A stretch of 64,000 nucleotides of DNA, taken from positions 73,966,001 through 74,030,000 of the forward strand of contig OZ024743.1 of NCBI GenBank assembly GCA_964016885.1, in the 5' to 3' direction. This DNA comes from Eledone cirrhosa (taxonomy: Eukaryota). Below the pieces are notes generated by a model that worked only from the letters and a program-made list of their open reading frames with translations, searched no databases and was not told the DNA's origin. The first letter of the stretch is position 1. Every line of letters begins with the position of its first letter. Below are positions 1 to 14,666 of this stretch, piece by piece. Made by a program: the position numbers and the translations under genes.

Positions 1-250
1 GTATACAGGTGCTTTCGAAATCGTTCCCCAAGATATTGAATAGTCTATATTGTTGTCTTTTAAGTTCCAAATTAAATGTGAAAGTGAAGTGGAATATTTT
101 TTATCCGATCTCTTAAATGTGCGTTTATGTTTATACCAGCGTTCTTTGAATTTTGTAGAAGTGGAACCAATATAAGTAAATACTTTGTCTCTAGTTTTAA
201 CAGTGCATTTATAAAGTACGTTTTTGTCTAAGCAATTATTTTTAAATTTA
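1..250 (-). pseudogene. PLE GIY-YIG endonuclease fragment (Hydra-like), runs off window
   Basis: Manual translation of minus strand: NNCLDKNVLYKCTVKTRDKVFTYIGSTSTKFKERWYKHKRTF..STSLSHLIWNLKDNNIDYSISW; same motif pattern as ORF 52043-52699. Confidence 0.9.
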
Positions 251-387
251 AGTTTCTATTATTAATTCTATTTATATTTTCTCTTATCCCTATTTATATT
301 TTCTCTTATCCCTTCACTATCCAAGGAAAACTTAAACCGTTAAGGTATCTTTTCTTGGTTATGTCAAAATTTATAAAACAAACTTTG

Positions 388-448
388 TATTTTATCTGAT
401 GAAAGCGTACCAAAGTTTTGGTATCCTTGAAATATATATAATAGAATA
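388..448 (+). ncRNA. Minimal type I hammerhead ribozyme in pLTR-like repeat (~260-588)
   Basis: tattttat-CTGATGA-stem II(aagcgtaccaa/ttggtatcctt)-GAAA-tatata-TA-atagaata; stem I pairs, stem III palindromic. Confidence 0.85.
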
Positions 449-586
449 AATATGGTTTTATAAATATAGTTTCCATTTATTTAATATCATTGAATATTAT
501 ATTCCAGAAAACTTGTTGGGTGCTCTGAATCAATTATAAACATTTATATTTGTTGAATTAACAACAAATTAAATATCACTTTTCCT

Positions 587-619
<33 letters not shown>

Positions 620-914
620 TATACATATATATACATACACACACACACACAAACACCTATATATATATATATATTTATTAAAATAACAGATTAAAGTTTA
701 AGCAAAGAATCGCTGCTTTCACCCTTAACGGGATCTTCTGAAACTAACAAAGTCAATATTATAAGTCAGTAGAGTGCTCAACCGAGGGAGCCAAATATAT
801 ATATATAAGTATGTATACATATGATCATATTTACAACTGAAGTACACTTGAATATAATCCTAGAGACTTGTATAAATATGCAAATATCAACACAGACAAT
901 GTTCTTCTTCATTG

Positions 915-2285
<1,371 letters not shown>

Positions 2286-2551
2286 TTGAAATGAGAGACA
2301 CCACTGATGGATTACAAAAAATCTGACAAAAATCACGCTACTCATCTCTGTTCTCAGTTTGTTTTATTTAAGAGTTTACGCTACACCCACCCTATATATA
2401 ATTGATTAATTTACAATCACCATGACTAATTTCAGTAGCCATTTTTGCTAGACAACTGCGTGATTCTGACGGCTTTTAAGTTGATTCCTTTTTTATCTTA
2501 TTTAGTGAACGTGGAAAGACATGTAGGAGTTTGAATATACTTATATATATG

Positions 2552-2598
<47 letters not shown>

Positions 2599-2748
2599 CT
2601 GTGTGTGTGTATGTCTGCGTGTGTGTATAATACATATAAATATATATATATACATTAATATCACGAATACATACATGTATATATATATATTATATATATA
2701 TATATATGCGTATTATACATACACAAACACACACAGACACACACACAC

Positions 2749-2790
<42 letters not shown>

Positions 2791-2865
2791 CACGAAGGAA
2801 GTATGGTAGTCCAGAAATAACTGTCGAAACGGCTTGAGCTCTGCCGCCTGGGTCATGAACATTTT

Positions 2866-2903
<38 letters not shown>

Positions 2904-3303
2904 TATATTTTGAGAATAAACTCTCAGTCGTTTACAATAATTAAGCTCGAGGGAGGGGCTCTTCCGAGCAGTTAAATACATTTAAAATATATGATAAACA
3001 CGAAATGTGTTTATATTGCAACAGACAAAGTTAGCTATTAATGAAATAAACTAATTAAAGTGAATACAATTTGTCTGTCTCGATATAAGTCAATAAAGAC
3101 AAGCTTATATTGGCAACTGCCATGATTCCTGGACATATTTAAATTTCAAAATTCAAACCTGTTCTGTAGACGAATTTGAACCTCGAAACCCAAATAAGTT
3201 TCGCAACGGTGGAATGTGAATTGAAAAATAAAGAGAATCGAAATGGAATAGAAATAAAAGAGTGAAATATCCAAATCGTATATATATATATATATATATA
3301 TAC

Positions 3304-3398
<95 letters not shown>

Positions 3399-3483
3399 AG
3401 AGTGAAATATATATATATATATATGTATATAAGAGTGAAATATATATATATATATATGTATATAAGAGTGAAATATCCAAATC

Positions 3484-3781
<298 letters not shown>

Positions 3782-3821
3782 GATATTAAATAAATGGAAA
3801 CTATATTTATAAAACCATATT

Positions 3822-3887
3822 TATTTCATTATATATATTTCAGGGATATCATATTAAAAATATATTATGCCTTCTTCAGACAAAATA
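3822..3887 (-). ncRNA. Minimal HHR in solo pLTR fragment (3782-3950) related to the 49.7-54.3 kb PLE
   Basis: Reverse complement tattttgt-CTGAAGA-aggcata..tatccct-GAAA-tatata-TA-atgaaata; flanks match 49692-49860. Confidence 0.8.
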
Positions 3888-4071
3888 CAATATAAACAGT
3901 CTTATAAATAGATAGATTCGACATACCTTTCAACTTCGACTTCTATTTGAAAAGTTGATTAATGTATGTTGTAGCTCTGATTCATATGAATGATCGAGTG
4001 CTTGCCACACATCTCGGAGGTTGATTTTCGTTAATTCCTGAGCTGAAATACGATTCTCGCTAATTTATATT

Positions 4072-4120
<49 letters not shown>

Positions 4121-4137
4121 ATATATATGTGTATATA

Positions 4138-4240
<103 letters not shown>

Positions 4241-4427
4241 ATATATATATGTATATATATTTATATATATATATGTGTATATATATATGTATATATATAT
4301 ATATGTATATATATATGTATATATGTATATATATATGTGTATATATGTATATATATATATGTATATATGTATATATATATATTTATGTATATATGTATAT
4401 ATATATATATGTATATATGTATAAATA

Positions 4428-4460
<33 letters not shown>

Positions 4461-4547
4461 CAGAAATAGCCGTTATTCTGGTAGTTGTAGGAAATATCCA
4501 TCATAGTTATATTTTGTTGTTATTGGTGTTTGTCTGAGATGAAATCT

Positions 4548-4771
4548 GTGTTATAGAACCTAGTTACTAGTGTTATAGAATCTAGTTACTAGTGTTATAG
4601 AACCTAGTTACTAGTGTTATAGAATCTAGTTACTAGTGTTATAGAACCTAGTTACTAGTGTTATAGAATCTAGTTACTAGTGTTATAGAACCTAGTTACT
4701 AGTGTTCCATAATCTAGTTACTAGTGTTATGAACCTAGTTACTAGTGTTCCATAATCTACTTACTAGTGTT
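4548..4771. repeat. 22-bp minisatellite (gtgttatagaa[c/t]ctagttacta), ~10 copies, alternating variants give a 44-bp dimer
   Basis: Direct reading. Confidence 0.95.
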
Positions 4772-4916
4772 CGATTCCAGGAACAATGTCTTGAAATGTT
4801 GAAGCTAAAGTAACTCGGTTGCTGTTTATTACATTGTCAGATATTATTGTGTGTTTGTTGTGATAGTTACTACAATCTACATGTTTCAGTGACTAAATAC
4901 CTACTTGTCTACACAT

Positions 4917-4917
<1 letters not shown>

Positions 4918-5012
<95 letters not shown>

Positions 5013-5562
5013 CCTACCTCTCTCTTTCTCTCTCCCACTGACCTCTTATCTATCTATCTACCTACCTACCTCTCTCTTTCTCTCTCTCACTGACCTCTTG
5101 GTACGTAGTTCCTTCTCGTCCTCTCCTACAACTCCACCCGGCTCTCATCCTTGTTCTCGTCCCCGCTGAAACATTTGTCCTTTCATTTCTACCCTCACCA
5201 CCACTACCACCACCACCATCTTCAGCACCACTACCACCCCCATTCACCACCACCACCAACACCACGACCACCACCCACCACCAACATTACCACCACCGCC
5301 ACCACCCCCATTCACCACCACCACCACCACCACCACCACCACCACCACCACCACCACCACTACCACCACCACCACCACCACCACCACCATCATCTACCAC
5401 CACCACCACCACCACCACCACCACCAGCACCACCACCACCACCACCAGCACCACCACCACCACCACCAACATTACCACCACCGCCACCACCCCCATTCAC
5501 CACCATCACCACCACCACCACCACCACCACCACCACCATCATCTACCACCAACACCACCACC
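4918..5562. repeat. (TATC)n (4918-5092) followed by (CCA)n low-complexity tract (5196-5562)
   Basis: Direct reading; explains His/Pro/Thr ORFs. Confidence 0.95.
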
Positions 5563-5850
5563 AGATAAGCACAGTTGAATTCCCCCGACGAGGAGTGAAC
5601 ATAGATAATTATGTCTTCTAACTAAAACAGAGCGCTACTAATTGTGTAGTTGATGGAAGTGTTGATTATAAACATAAAACCCTTTAACTCGTGCTTATAA
5701 TATCGACATAGAGAAGGATGAAAGGTCCTGATGATTGTGGCAGAATTTATTTTAACACTTTTGATTTAGTATAATACAGCGCCATTCTTGAAGCAAAGAA
5801 ATACTTAACGATATATTTCGTTAAGATAAATATAGTTTATTGTCATTATT

Positions 5851-6242
5851 GGGGGTTGATTGGCAGTATCGGTAGAGGGTCGGAGGCCATGCTTTGACGT
5901 ATGGAGTTACGGCCCTTTCCATTCTGAGTTCAAATCCCACCGAGGTTAACTTTGCCTTTCATCCTTACGGGGTCGATAAAAGAAAGTACCAGTAATGTAC
6001 TGGGGTAATTTCTGGCCTTGTGCCAAAAGTAGAAACAATTATTGGATAAGGGCAGTGGATTGGCAGTATCGGTAAAGCGTTGGGCGCCATTCTTTGTAAC
6101 ATAGAGTTACGCCCCTTTATGATCTGAGTTCAAATCCCGCCGAGGTTAACTTTGCCTTTCATCCTAACGGGGTCGATAAAATAAAGTACCAGGTATACAC
6201 TGGGTAATTGCTGGCCTAGTGTCAAAAGTAGAAACAGTTATT
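5851..6242 (+). mobile_element. Two tandem tRNA-derived SINEs with Nin/Deu-type core (octopus OR-like): 5851-6043 and 6050-6242
   Basis: A box tggcagtatcgg, B box gagttcaaatcc, core ctttgcctttcatccttacggggtcgataaaa..gtaccag; second copy flanked by ttattggataa duplication (6039-6049, 6238-6248). Confidence 0.85.
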
Positions 6243-7117
6243 GGATAATGGTTACTGGTATTATACAAATCCTACTTTTACGATATTCAAACTACTGTTA
6301 CTTGTGAGAATCCCAACATTTCTATAAGATACAATGTAGTATAGTTCTTTTTTATTAAGTTTAGATGTTGTTCAATTTTATGTATCTTATTCATATGTTT
6401 AATATAAAGTTTGCGGTTATTCCAACCGACATTGAAATAATGTTCTATTAACTCGAGGAAATTATTTCGATAATGGTAACTATTGTCGAGCTGTTATTAT
6501 ACCAAATGTTTCGAAAGCCCTTGAAAAAAAAATGTTTTTCTAATCATTAGATTCCCATTGAGAGATGTCTATTAGGTAGGAGGAGGAGGAGGAGGAGGAG
6601 GGGGAGGAGAATCTGCTTGTAACCAGTTTAACTCTGTATACAATGTTACTCAAGTAACATCATTGGTATCCCATGACCACCATCAACTAACTAGTGTAGC
6701 TAATGGAATTCAAAGGAAATGAATAATTGAAGTATTCTAATTTATGATCCACATAAAAGATATGCATGAATTTATTTATATTCCACTTAGCTCATGAAAC
6801 AACTGTATTTCTCATGAAAGTGATGTTAGAATTCTATTTGAGAGAATAAACAGTGAAAAAAATCAATATAACAGACTGGCAAAATTCAAATAAATTTGCC
6901 TGGAACACTAAACAAACAAGACTTGCTCTCTTGGTTCAAGTACTTGTACGATTCATACCATTGCTCTCTCACAAAATATATAGAATACAATAGGCAGAAT
7001 AGAATAAAGGAATATATCTCATCCTTAATATAAGTGTGAATAAATAGATGGAAAAATTAAGTAGAAACATTCTCTTAATATAATCCATAACATATTCTGA
7101 CAGCCCGTGGCGGGGGA

Positions 7118-7290
7118 GGAGCTTGTGAGTATCCCCACTCTCACAGCCGGTTCAGTCATTTCTGGTGCCACACCTGAATAGTTGTATTTCGTCCATCCTC
7201 TATCCAAATCTACAATATAAGAGCCACGGAAATCCCGACTATATCTAGCCGATAGCATCTAGTCTCCTCCACTAATTCCTGCTTCAACTG
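7118..7290 (-). pseudogene. RTE-clade LINE APE-endonuclease N-terminal fragment
   Basis: Across a frameshift: QELVEETRCYRLDIVGIS..GSYIVDLDRGWTKYNYSGVAPE..VGIL, matching the RTE/Expander pattern ELV.E..RYRLDIVG...GWT..YSGV...GVG. Confidence 0.75.
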
Positions 7291-7631
7291 TCAAGGTTTG
7301 CTCCCTTCCTGACCGTCATTGGGATCTCGGGATATGCAATCTTTGTGCGTCCATCTCACGCCTCCCAGAACAGGTCACAGGCTCATCACCAGTTTTTGTA
7401 GTATGAAATTGAGACTGCGATATATTTTTGGAACATGCTCTTCTACCTAAGGCCGGAAGTTGTCCCTTGTTAACCTGCCTGGAGGATGATGCAACTCCCT
7501 CATAAACGATGTGGCATGGTTCTTATAATCCAAACTGAAAAGTTATTGCTAAAGATGAAAAGTATATTGATACTGTGTGATTGTGCTATTTCCTCTGTAT
7601 ATTTCCAACATCTTTAAAGTCTGTCTCAAGC

Positions 7632-7954
7632 CAAGAGAGTACAAGAATTCCCCCTGGACAGGACGCCAGTCCATCGCAGAGTTAAATTATGATGAGCCCC
7701 CAGGCAGGTGCTTATCCCGGTTTCACGGTGTGAAGCGACAGAGAGTACAAGACTCCTCACCCTGGGCATGACGCCAGTCCATCGCAGGGTTAAACCCCCA
7801 GCTATTGCAGGTACACATTCTCATCTGAGTATACTGTAGCAACGTGAAATAAAGTGTTTTGCTCAAGAACATAACACACAACCAAGCTCAGGAATCAAAG
7901 CCACGGTATTATGATCGTACGTCCAACATCTTTACAACTAGGACACGCGCCTCC
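7632..7954 (-). mobile_element. tRNA-derived SINE with Meta/V-type core and partly duplicated 3' tail
   Basis: Reverse complement has ggaggcgcgtgtcctagttg head, ttgagcaaaacactttatttcacgttgct core, aaccctgcgatggactggcgtc tail. Confidence 0.75.
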
Positions 7955-8204
7955 ACATATTTCCCACATAGCAATCAAAATTAAATTCTAATTTACTAGA
8001 AGAGGATGAAGAAGCAAAATTGATCCAGTATTCATTATGGCTCTCTGCATTGTGAGTTCAAATCCAAAGGGAGATAACTTTCCTTTTCATCGTTTCAAAG
8101 TCGATAAATTAAGTTATATTTTGAGATATATTTTTCACGATAAAAACCAATTAGGTATTAGCGTCACCGTCATACACAAGGGAACGTTAGCAACACCCTC
8201 ATAA

Positions 8205-11200
8205 ATAGGGGGAATATTGGTGACACCGTCATATACAGGGGAATATTGGTGACACCGTCATATACAGGGGAAATATTGGTGACACCGTCATATACAGGGG
8301 AATATTGGTGACACCCTCATATACAGTGGAAATATTGGTGACACCCTCATATACAGGGGAAATATTGGTGACACCCTCATATACATGGGAAATATTGGTG
8401 ACACCGTCATATACAGGGGGAATATTGGTGACACCGTCATATACAGGGGAATATTGGTGACACCGTCTTAAACAGGGGAATATTGGTGACACCGTCATAT
8501 ACAGGGGAAATATTGGTGACACCGTCATATACAGGGGAAATATTGGTGACACCGTCTTAAACAGGGGAATATTGGTGACACCGTCATATACAGGGGAAAT
8601 ATTGGTGACACCGTCATATACAGGGGAATATTGGTGACACCGTCTTAAACAGGGGAATATTGGTGACACCGTCATATACAGGGGAATATTGGTGACACCG
8701 TCTTAAACAGGGGAATATTGGTGACATCGTCATATACAGTGGAAATATTGGTGACACCGTCATATACAGGGGAAATATTGGTGACATCGTCATATACAGT
8801 GGAAATATTGGTGACATCGTCATATACAGGGGAATATTGGTGACACCATAATATACAGGGGAAATATTGGTGACACCGTCATATACAGGGTAAATATTGG
8901 TGACACCGTCATATACAGGGGAATATTGGTGACACCGTCATATACAGGGGAAATATTGGTGACACCGTCATATACAGGGTAAATATTGGTGACACCGTCA
9001 TATACAGGGGAATATTGGTGACACCGTCATATACAGGGGAATATTGGTGACACCGTCATATACAGGGGAAATATTGGTGACACCGTCTTAAACAGGGGAA
9101 TATTGGTGACACCGTCATATACAGGGGAATATTGGTGACACCGTCATATACAGGGGAAATATTGGTGACACCGTCTTAAACAGGGGAATATTGGTGACAC
9201 CGTCATATACAGGGGAATATTGGTGACACCCTCATATACAGGGGAAATATTGGTGACATCGTCATATACAGGGGAAATATTGGTGACACCGTCATATACA
9301 GGGGAAATATTGGTGACACCGTCTTAAACAGGGGAATATTGGTGACACCGTCATATACAGGGGAATATTGGTGACACCGTCATATACAGGGGAAATATTG
9401 GTGACACCGTCATATACAGGGTAAATATTGGTGACACCGTCATATACAGGGGAATATTGGTGACACCGTCATATACAGGGGAATATTGGTGACACCGTCA
9501 TATACAGGGGAAATATTGGTGACACCGTCTTAAACAGGGGAATATTGGTGACACCGTCATATACAGGGGAATATTGGTGACACCGTCATATACAGGGGAA
9601 ATATTGGTGACACCGTCATATACAGGGTAAATATTGGTGACACCGTCATATACAGGGGAATATTGGTGACACCGTCATATACAGGGGAATATTGGTGACA
9701 CCGTCATATACAGGGGAAATATTGGTGACACCGTCTTAAACAGGGGAATATTGGTGACACCGTCATATACAGGGGAATATTGGTGACACCCTCATATACA
9801 GGGGAAATATTGGTGACATCGTCATATACAGGGGAAATATTGGTGACACCGTCATATACAGGGGAAATATTGGTGACACCGTCTTAAACAGGGGAATATT
9901 GGTGACACCGTCATATACAGGGGAATATTGGTGACACCGTCATATACAGGGGAAATATTGGTGACATCGTCGTATACAGGGGAAATATTGGTGACACCGT
10001 CATATACAGGGGAAATATTGGTGACACCGTCATATACAGGGGAAATATTGGTGACACCGTCTTAAACAGGGGAATATTGGTGACACCGTCATATACAGGG
10101 GAATATTGGTGACACCGTCTTATACAGGGGAAATATTGGTGACACCGTCATATACAGGGGAATATTGGTGACACCCTCATATACAGGGGGAATATTGGTG
10201 ACATCCTCATATACAGGGGGAATATTGGTGACACCGTCATATACAGGGGGAATATTGGTGACACCCTCATATACAGGGGAAATATTGGTGACACCGTCAT
10301 ATACAGGGGGAATATTGGTGACACCGTCATATACAGGGGAATATTGGTGACATCCTCATATACAGAGGAATATTGGTGACACCGTCATATACAGGGGGAA
10401 TATTGGTGACACCCTCATATACAGGGGGAATATTGGTGACATCGTCATATACAGGGGGAATATTGGTGACACCGTCTTATACAGGGGGAATATTGGTGAC
10501 ATCGTCATATACAGAGGAATATTGGTGACACCCTCATATACAGGGGGAATATTGGTGACATCGTCATATACAGGGGAAATATTGGTGACACCGTCATATA
10601 CAGGGGGAATATTGGTGACATCCTCATATACAGGGGGAATATTGGTGACACCGTCATATACAGGGGAAATATTGGTGACACCGTCTTAAACAGGGGAATA
10701 TTGGTGACACCGTCATATACAGGGGAATATTGGTGACACCGTCTTATACAGGGGAAATATTGGTGACACCGTCATATACAGGGGAATATTGGTGACACCC
10801 TCATATACAGGGGGAATATTGGTGACATCCTCATATACAGGGGGAATATTGGTGACACCGTCATATACAGGGGGAATATTGGTGACACCCTCATATACAG
10901 GGGAAATATTGGTGACACCGTCATATACAGGGGGAATATTGGTGACACCGTCATATACAGGGGAATATTGGTGACATCCTCATATACAGAGGAATATTGG
11001 TGACACCGTCATATACAGGGGGAATATTGGTGACACCCTCATATACAGGGGGAATATTGGTGACATCGTCATATACAGGGGGAATATTGGTGACACCGTC
11101 TTATACAGGGGGAATATTGGTGACATCGTCATATACAGAGGAATATTGGTGACACCCTCATATACAGGGGGAATATTGGTGACATCGTCATATACAGGGG

Positions 11201-13340
11201 AAATATTGGTGACACCGTCATATACAGGGGGAATATTGGTGACATCCTCATATACAGGGGGAATATTGGTGACACCCTCATATACAGGGGAAATATTGGT
11301 GACATCCTCATATACAGAGGAATATTGGTGACACCGTCATATACAGGGGGAATATTGGTGACACCGTCATATACAGGGGAATATTGGTGACATCCTCATA
11401 TACAGAGGAATATTGGTGACACCGTCATATACAGGGGGAATATTGGTGACATCCTCATATACAGGGGAATATTGGTGACACCCTCATATACATGGGAATA
11501 TTGGTGACACCGTCATATACAGGGGAATATTGGTGACACCGTCATATACAGGGGAAATATTGTTGACACCGTCATATACAGGGGGAATATTGGTGACATC
11601 GTCATATACAGAGGAATATTGGTGACATCGTCATATACAGGGGGAATATTGGTGACACCGTCATATACAGGGGGAATATTGGTGACACCCTCATATACAG
11701 GGGGAATATTGGTGACATCGTCATATACAGAGGAATATTGGTGACATCGTCATATACAGGGGAATATTGGTGACACCCTCATATACAGGGGGAATATTGG
11801 TGACATCCTCATATACAGAGGAATATTGGTGACACCGTCATATACAGGGGGAATATTGGTGACATCCTCATATACAGAGGAATATTGGTGACATCGTCAT
11901 ATACAGGGGGAATATTGGTGACACCGTCATATACAGGGGGAATATTGGTGACACCCTCATATACAGGGGGAATATTGGTGACACCGTCATATACAGGGGG
12001 AATATTGGTGACACCGTCATATACAGAGGGAATATTGGTGACACCGTCATATACAGGGGAATATTGGTGACACCGTCATATACAGGGGAATATTGGTGAC
12101 ACCGTCATATACAGAGGGAATATTGGTGACACCGTCATATACAGGGGAATATTGGTGACACCCTCATATACAGGGGAATATTGGTGACACCGTCATATAC
12201 AGGGGGAATATTGGTGACACCCTCATATACAGGGGGAATATTGGTGACATCGTCATATACAGGGGAAATATTGGTGACACCCTCATATACAGAGGAATAT
12301 TGGTGACATCGTCATATACAGAGGAATATTGGTGACACCCTCATATACAGGGGGAATATTGGTGACATCGTCATATACAGGGGAAATATTGGTGACATCC
12401 TCATATACAGAGGGAATATTGGTGACACCTTCATATACAGGGGAATATTGGTGACATCCTCATATACAGGGGAATATTGGTGACATCGTCTTATACAGAG
12501 GAATATTGGTGACACCCTCATATACAGAGGAATATTGGTGACATCCTCATATACAGGGGAATATTGGTGACATCGTCATATACAGGGGAATATTGGTGAC
12601 ACCCTCATATACAGAGGAATATTGGTGACATCCTCATATACAGGGGAATATTGGTGACACCCTCATATACAGGGGAATATTGGTGACACCCTCATATACA
12701 TGGGAATATTGGTGACACCGTCATATACAGGGGGAATATTGGTGACACCGTCATATACAGAGGAATATTGGTGACACCCTCATATACAGGGGAATATTGG
12801 TGACATCGTCATATACAGGGGGAATATTGGTGACACCCTCATATACAGGGAAATATTGGTGACACCGTCATATACAGGGGAATATTGGTGACACCGTCAT
12901 ATACAGGGAAATATTGGTGACACCCTCATATACAGGGGGAATATTGGTGACACCGTCTTAAACAGGGGAATATTGGTGACACCGTCTTAAACAGGGGAAT
13001 ATTGGTGACACCGTCTTAAACAGGGGAATATTGGTGACACCCTCATATACAGGGGAAATATTGGTGACACCGTCATATACAGGGGGAATATTGGTGACAC
13101 CGTCATATACAGAGGAATATTGGTGACACCCTCATATACAGGGGGAATATTGGTGACACCGTCATATACAGAGGGAATATTGGTGACACCGTCATATACA
13201 GGGGGAATATTGGTGACACCGTCATATACAGGGGGAATATTGGTGACATCCTCATATACAGGGGAAATATTGGTGACACCGTCATATACAGGGGGAATAT
13301 TGGTGACACCCTCATATACAGGGGGAATATTGGTGACACT
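8205..13340. repeat. 29/30-bp minisatellite (atattggtgacaccgtcatatacagggga), roughly 170-175 units, degenerate units at both edges (to ~8160 and ~13470)
   Basis: Direct reading; head-to-tail units with no unique spacers. Confidence 0.98.
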
Positions 13341-13499
13341 TTCACACACAGGGGAAACAACAACGTTACCTTCAAACACAGGGGACATTTTGTGACACCG
13401 TTATACACAGGGGCACCACTAACGTCACCCTCACAAAGAAGGGACATTTTGGTGTCACCATCACACATTATACAATATTACATTATGCGTTCATTATTT

Positions 13500-13677
13500 G
13501 GATTGGCAGTATCGGTAGAGGGTCGGACACCATGTTTTGACGCATTGAGTTACGGCCCATGCCATTCTGATTTCAAATCCCGGCGAGGTTAACTTTGCCT
13601 TACGGGGTAGATAAAATAAAGTACCTGTAATGCACTGAGTAATTGCTGGCCTTGTGCCAAAAGTACAAACAATTATT
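13500..13677 (+). mobile_element. Nin/Deu-core tRNA SINE
   Basis: Same head, core and tail as 5851-6043, with small core deletion. Confidence 0.85.
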
Positions 13678-13792
13678 TGCAATAGTAGTATTTTAGTGTT
13701 AAATATAACTTTAGTGGGTCACTACTCTACTATATATTTTCTTCCATATATATTCTGAATTTTGTAGAAATACATGTGTGTGTGTGTGTGTG

Positions 13793-14114
13793 TGTAGGGC
13801 TTAGGGATGAGATCATTGAGCTTGCAATCAGAAGGTTGTGAGTTTGATTCTCGGACCTAGTGATGCGTTGAGCAAAACACTTTATTTTCACGTTGCTCCA
13901 GTTTACTCAGCTGTAGAAATGAGTTGCGACGTCACTAGTGCCAAGTTGTATCAGCAATTGCCTTTCCCATGGACAACATCGGTGACGTGGAGAGGGGAGA
14001 CTGGCATGCATGGATGACTGCTGGTTTTCCACAAACACACCATGCCGGACTTGTGCCTCGGAGTAAAACTTTCAAGGTGCAAATCCCCTAGTCATTTTTA
14101 ACCGAAAGGGGTCT
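13793..14114 (+). mobile_element. Meta/V-core tRNA SINE
   Basis: B-box-like gagtttgattc, core ttgagcaaaacactttattttcacgttgctccagtttactcagctg. Confidence 0.7.
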
Positions 14115-14666
14115 ATAAAAATGTATGTATATGTACATAAATGTGTGTATCTAGATTTTCAGAAGAAACTTGAAGTGTTAAACACTGGGGACAGTTACTT
14201 AAATATATTTATGCAATGGAAATACGATGTAAAGGATTTGAGAATGAAAAGATAAATGGCGACTTTTGTTGGCTAGCGGTAATCCAGAGCAAGTTTATAA
14301 AAGGAAATCATGTACACAATATTAAATGACAAACAATCAATCATATACAATATATATTTGTCAAATACATATGTATCTATTTAATTCTATGATATAGAAG
14401 GTAAAATTAATTATGTATGACTTAATTACATACTGTGTTTCAATTACAGAAGTTAACATATATGTATAAAGTGTTATCCAATACAGCTTAAGTATTGATA
14501 ACATAGAGAAACAGACTAAGATATTCCAAATACTGGTTGTTATATGCATGGAGTGTTAAATACATTCGGTAATCTCTAATTTTGTTCCGATGAAAAGATA
14601 GAAAAGTAGTTCATTGATCTGTGTTATCTCATTAAAGCATCAGCAACATTTTTGCTCTTTATGTTC

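Noticed and set aside
5151-5621. His/Pro-rich ORF
   Set aside because: (CCA)n tract, no domain or splice evidence
8205-13340. CRISPR-like 29-30-bp repeat with internal dyad
   Set aside because: No unique spacers, no cas genes, eukaryotic context; it is a minisatellite and its ORFs are artefacts
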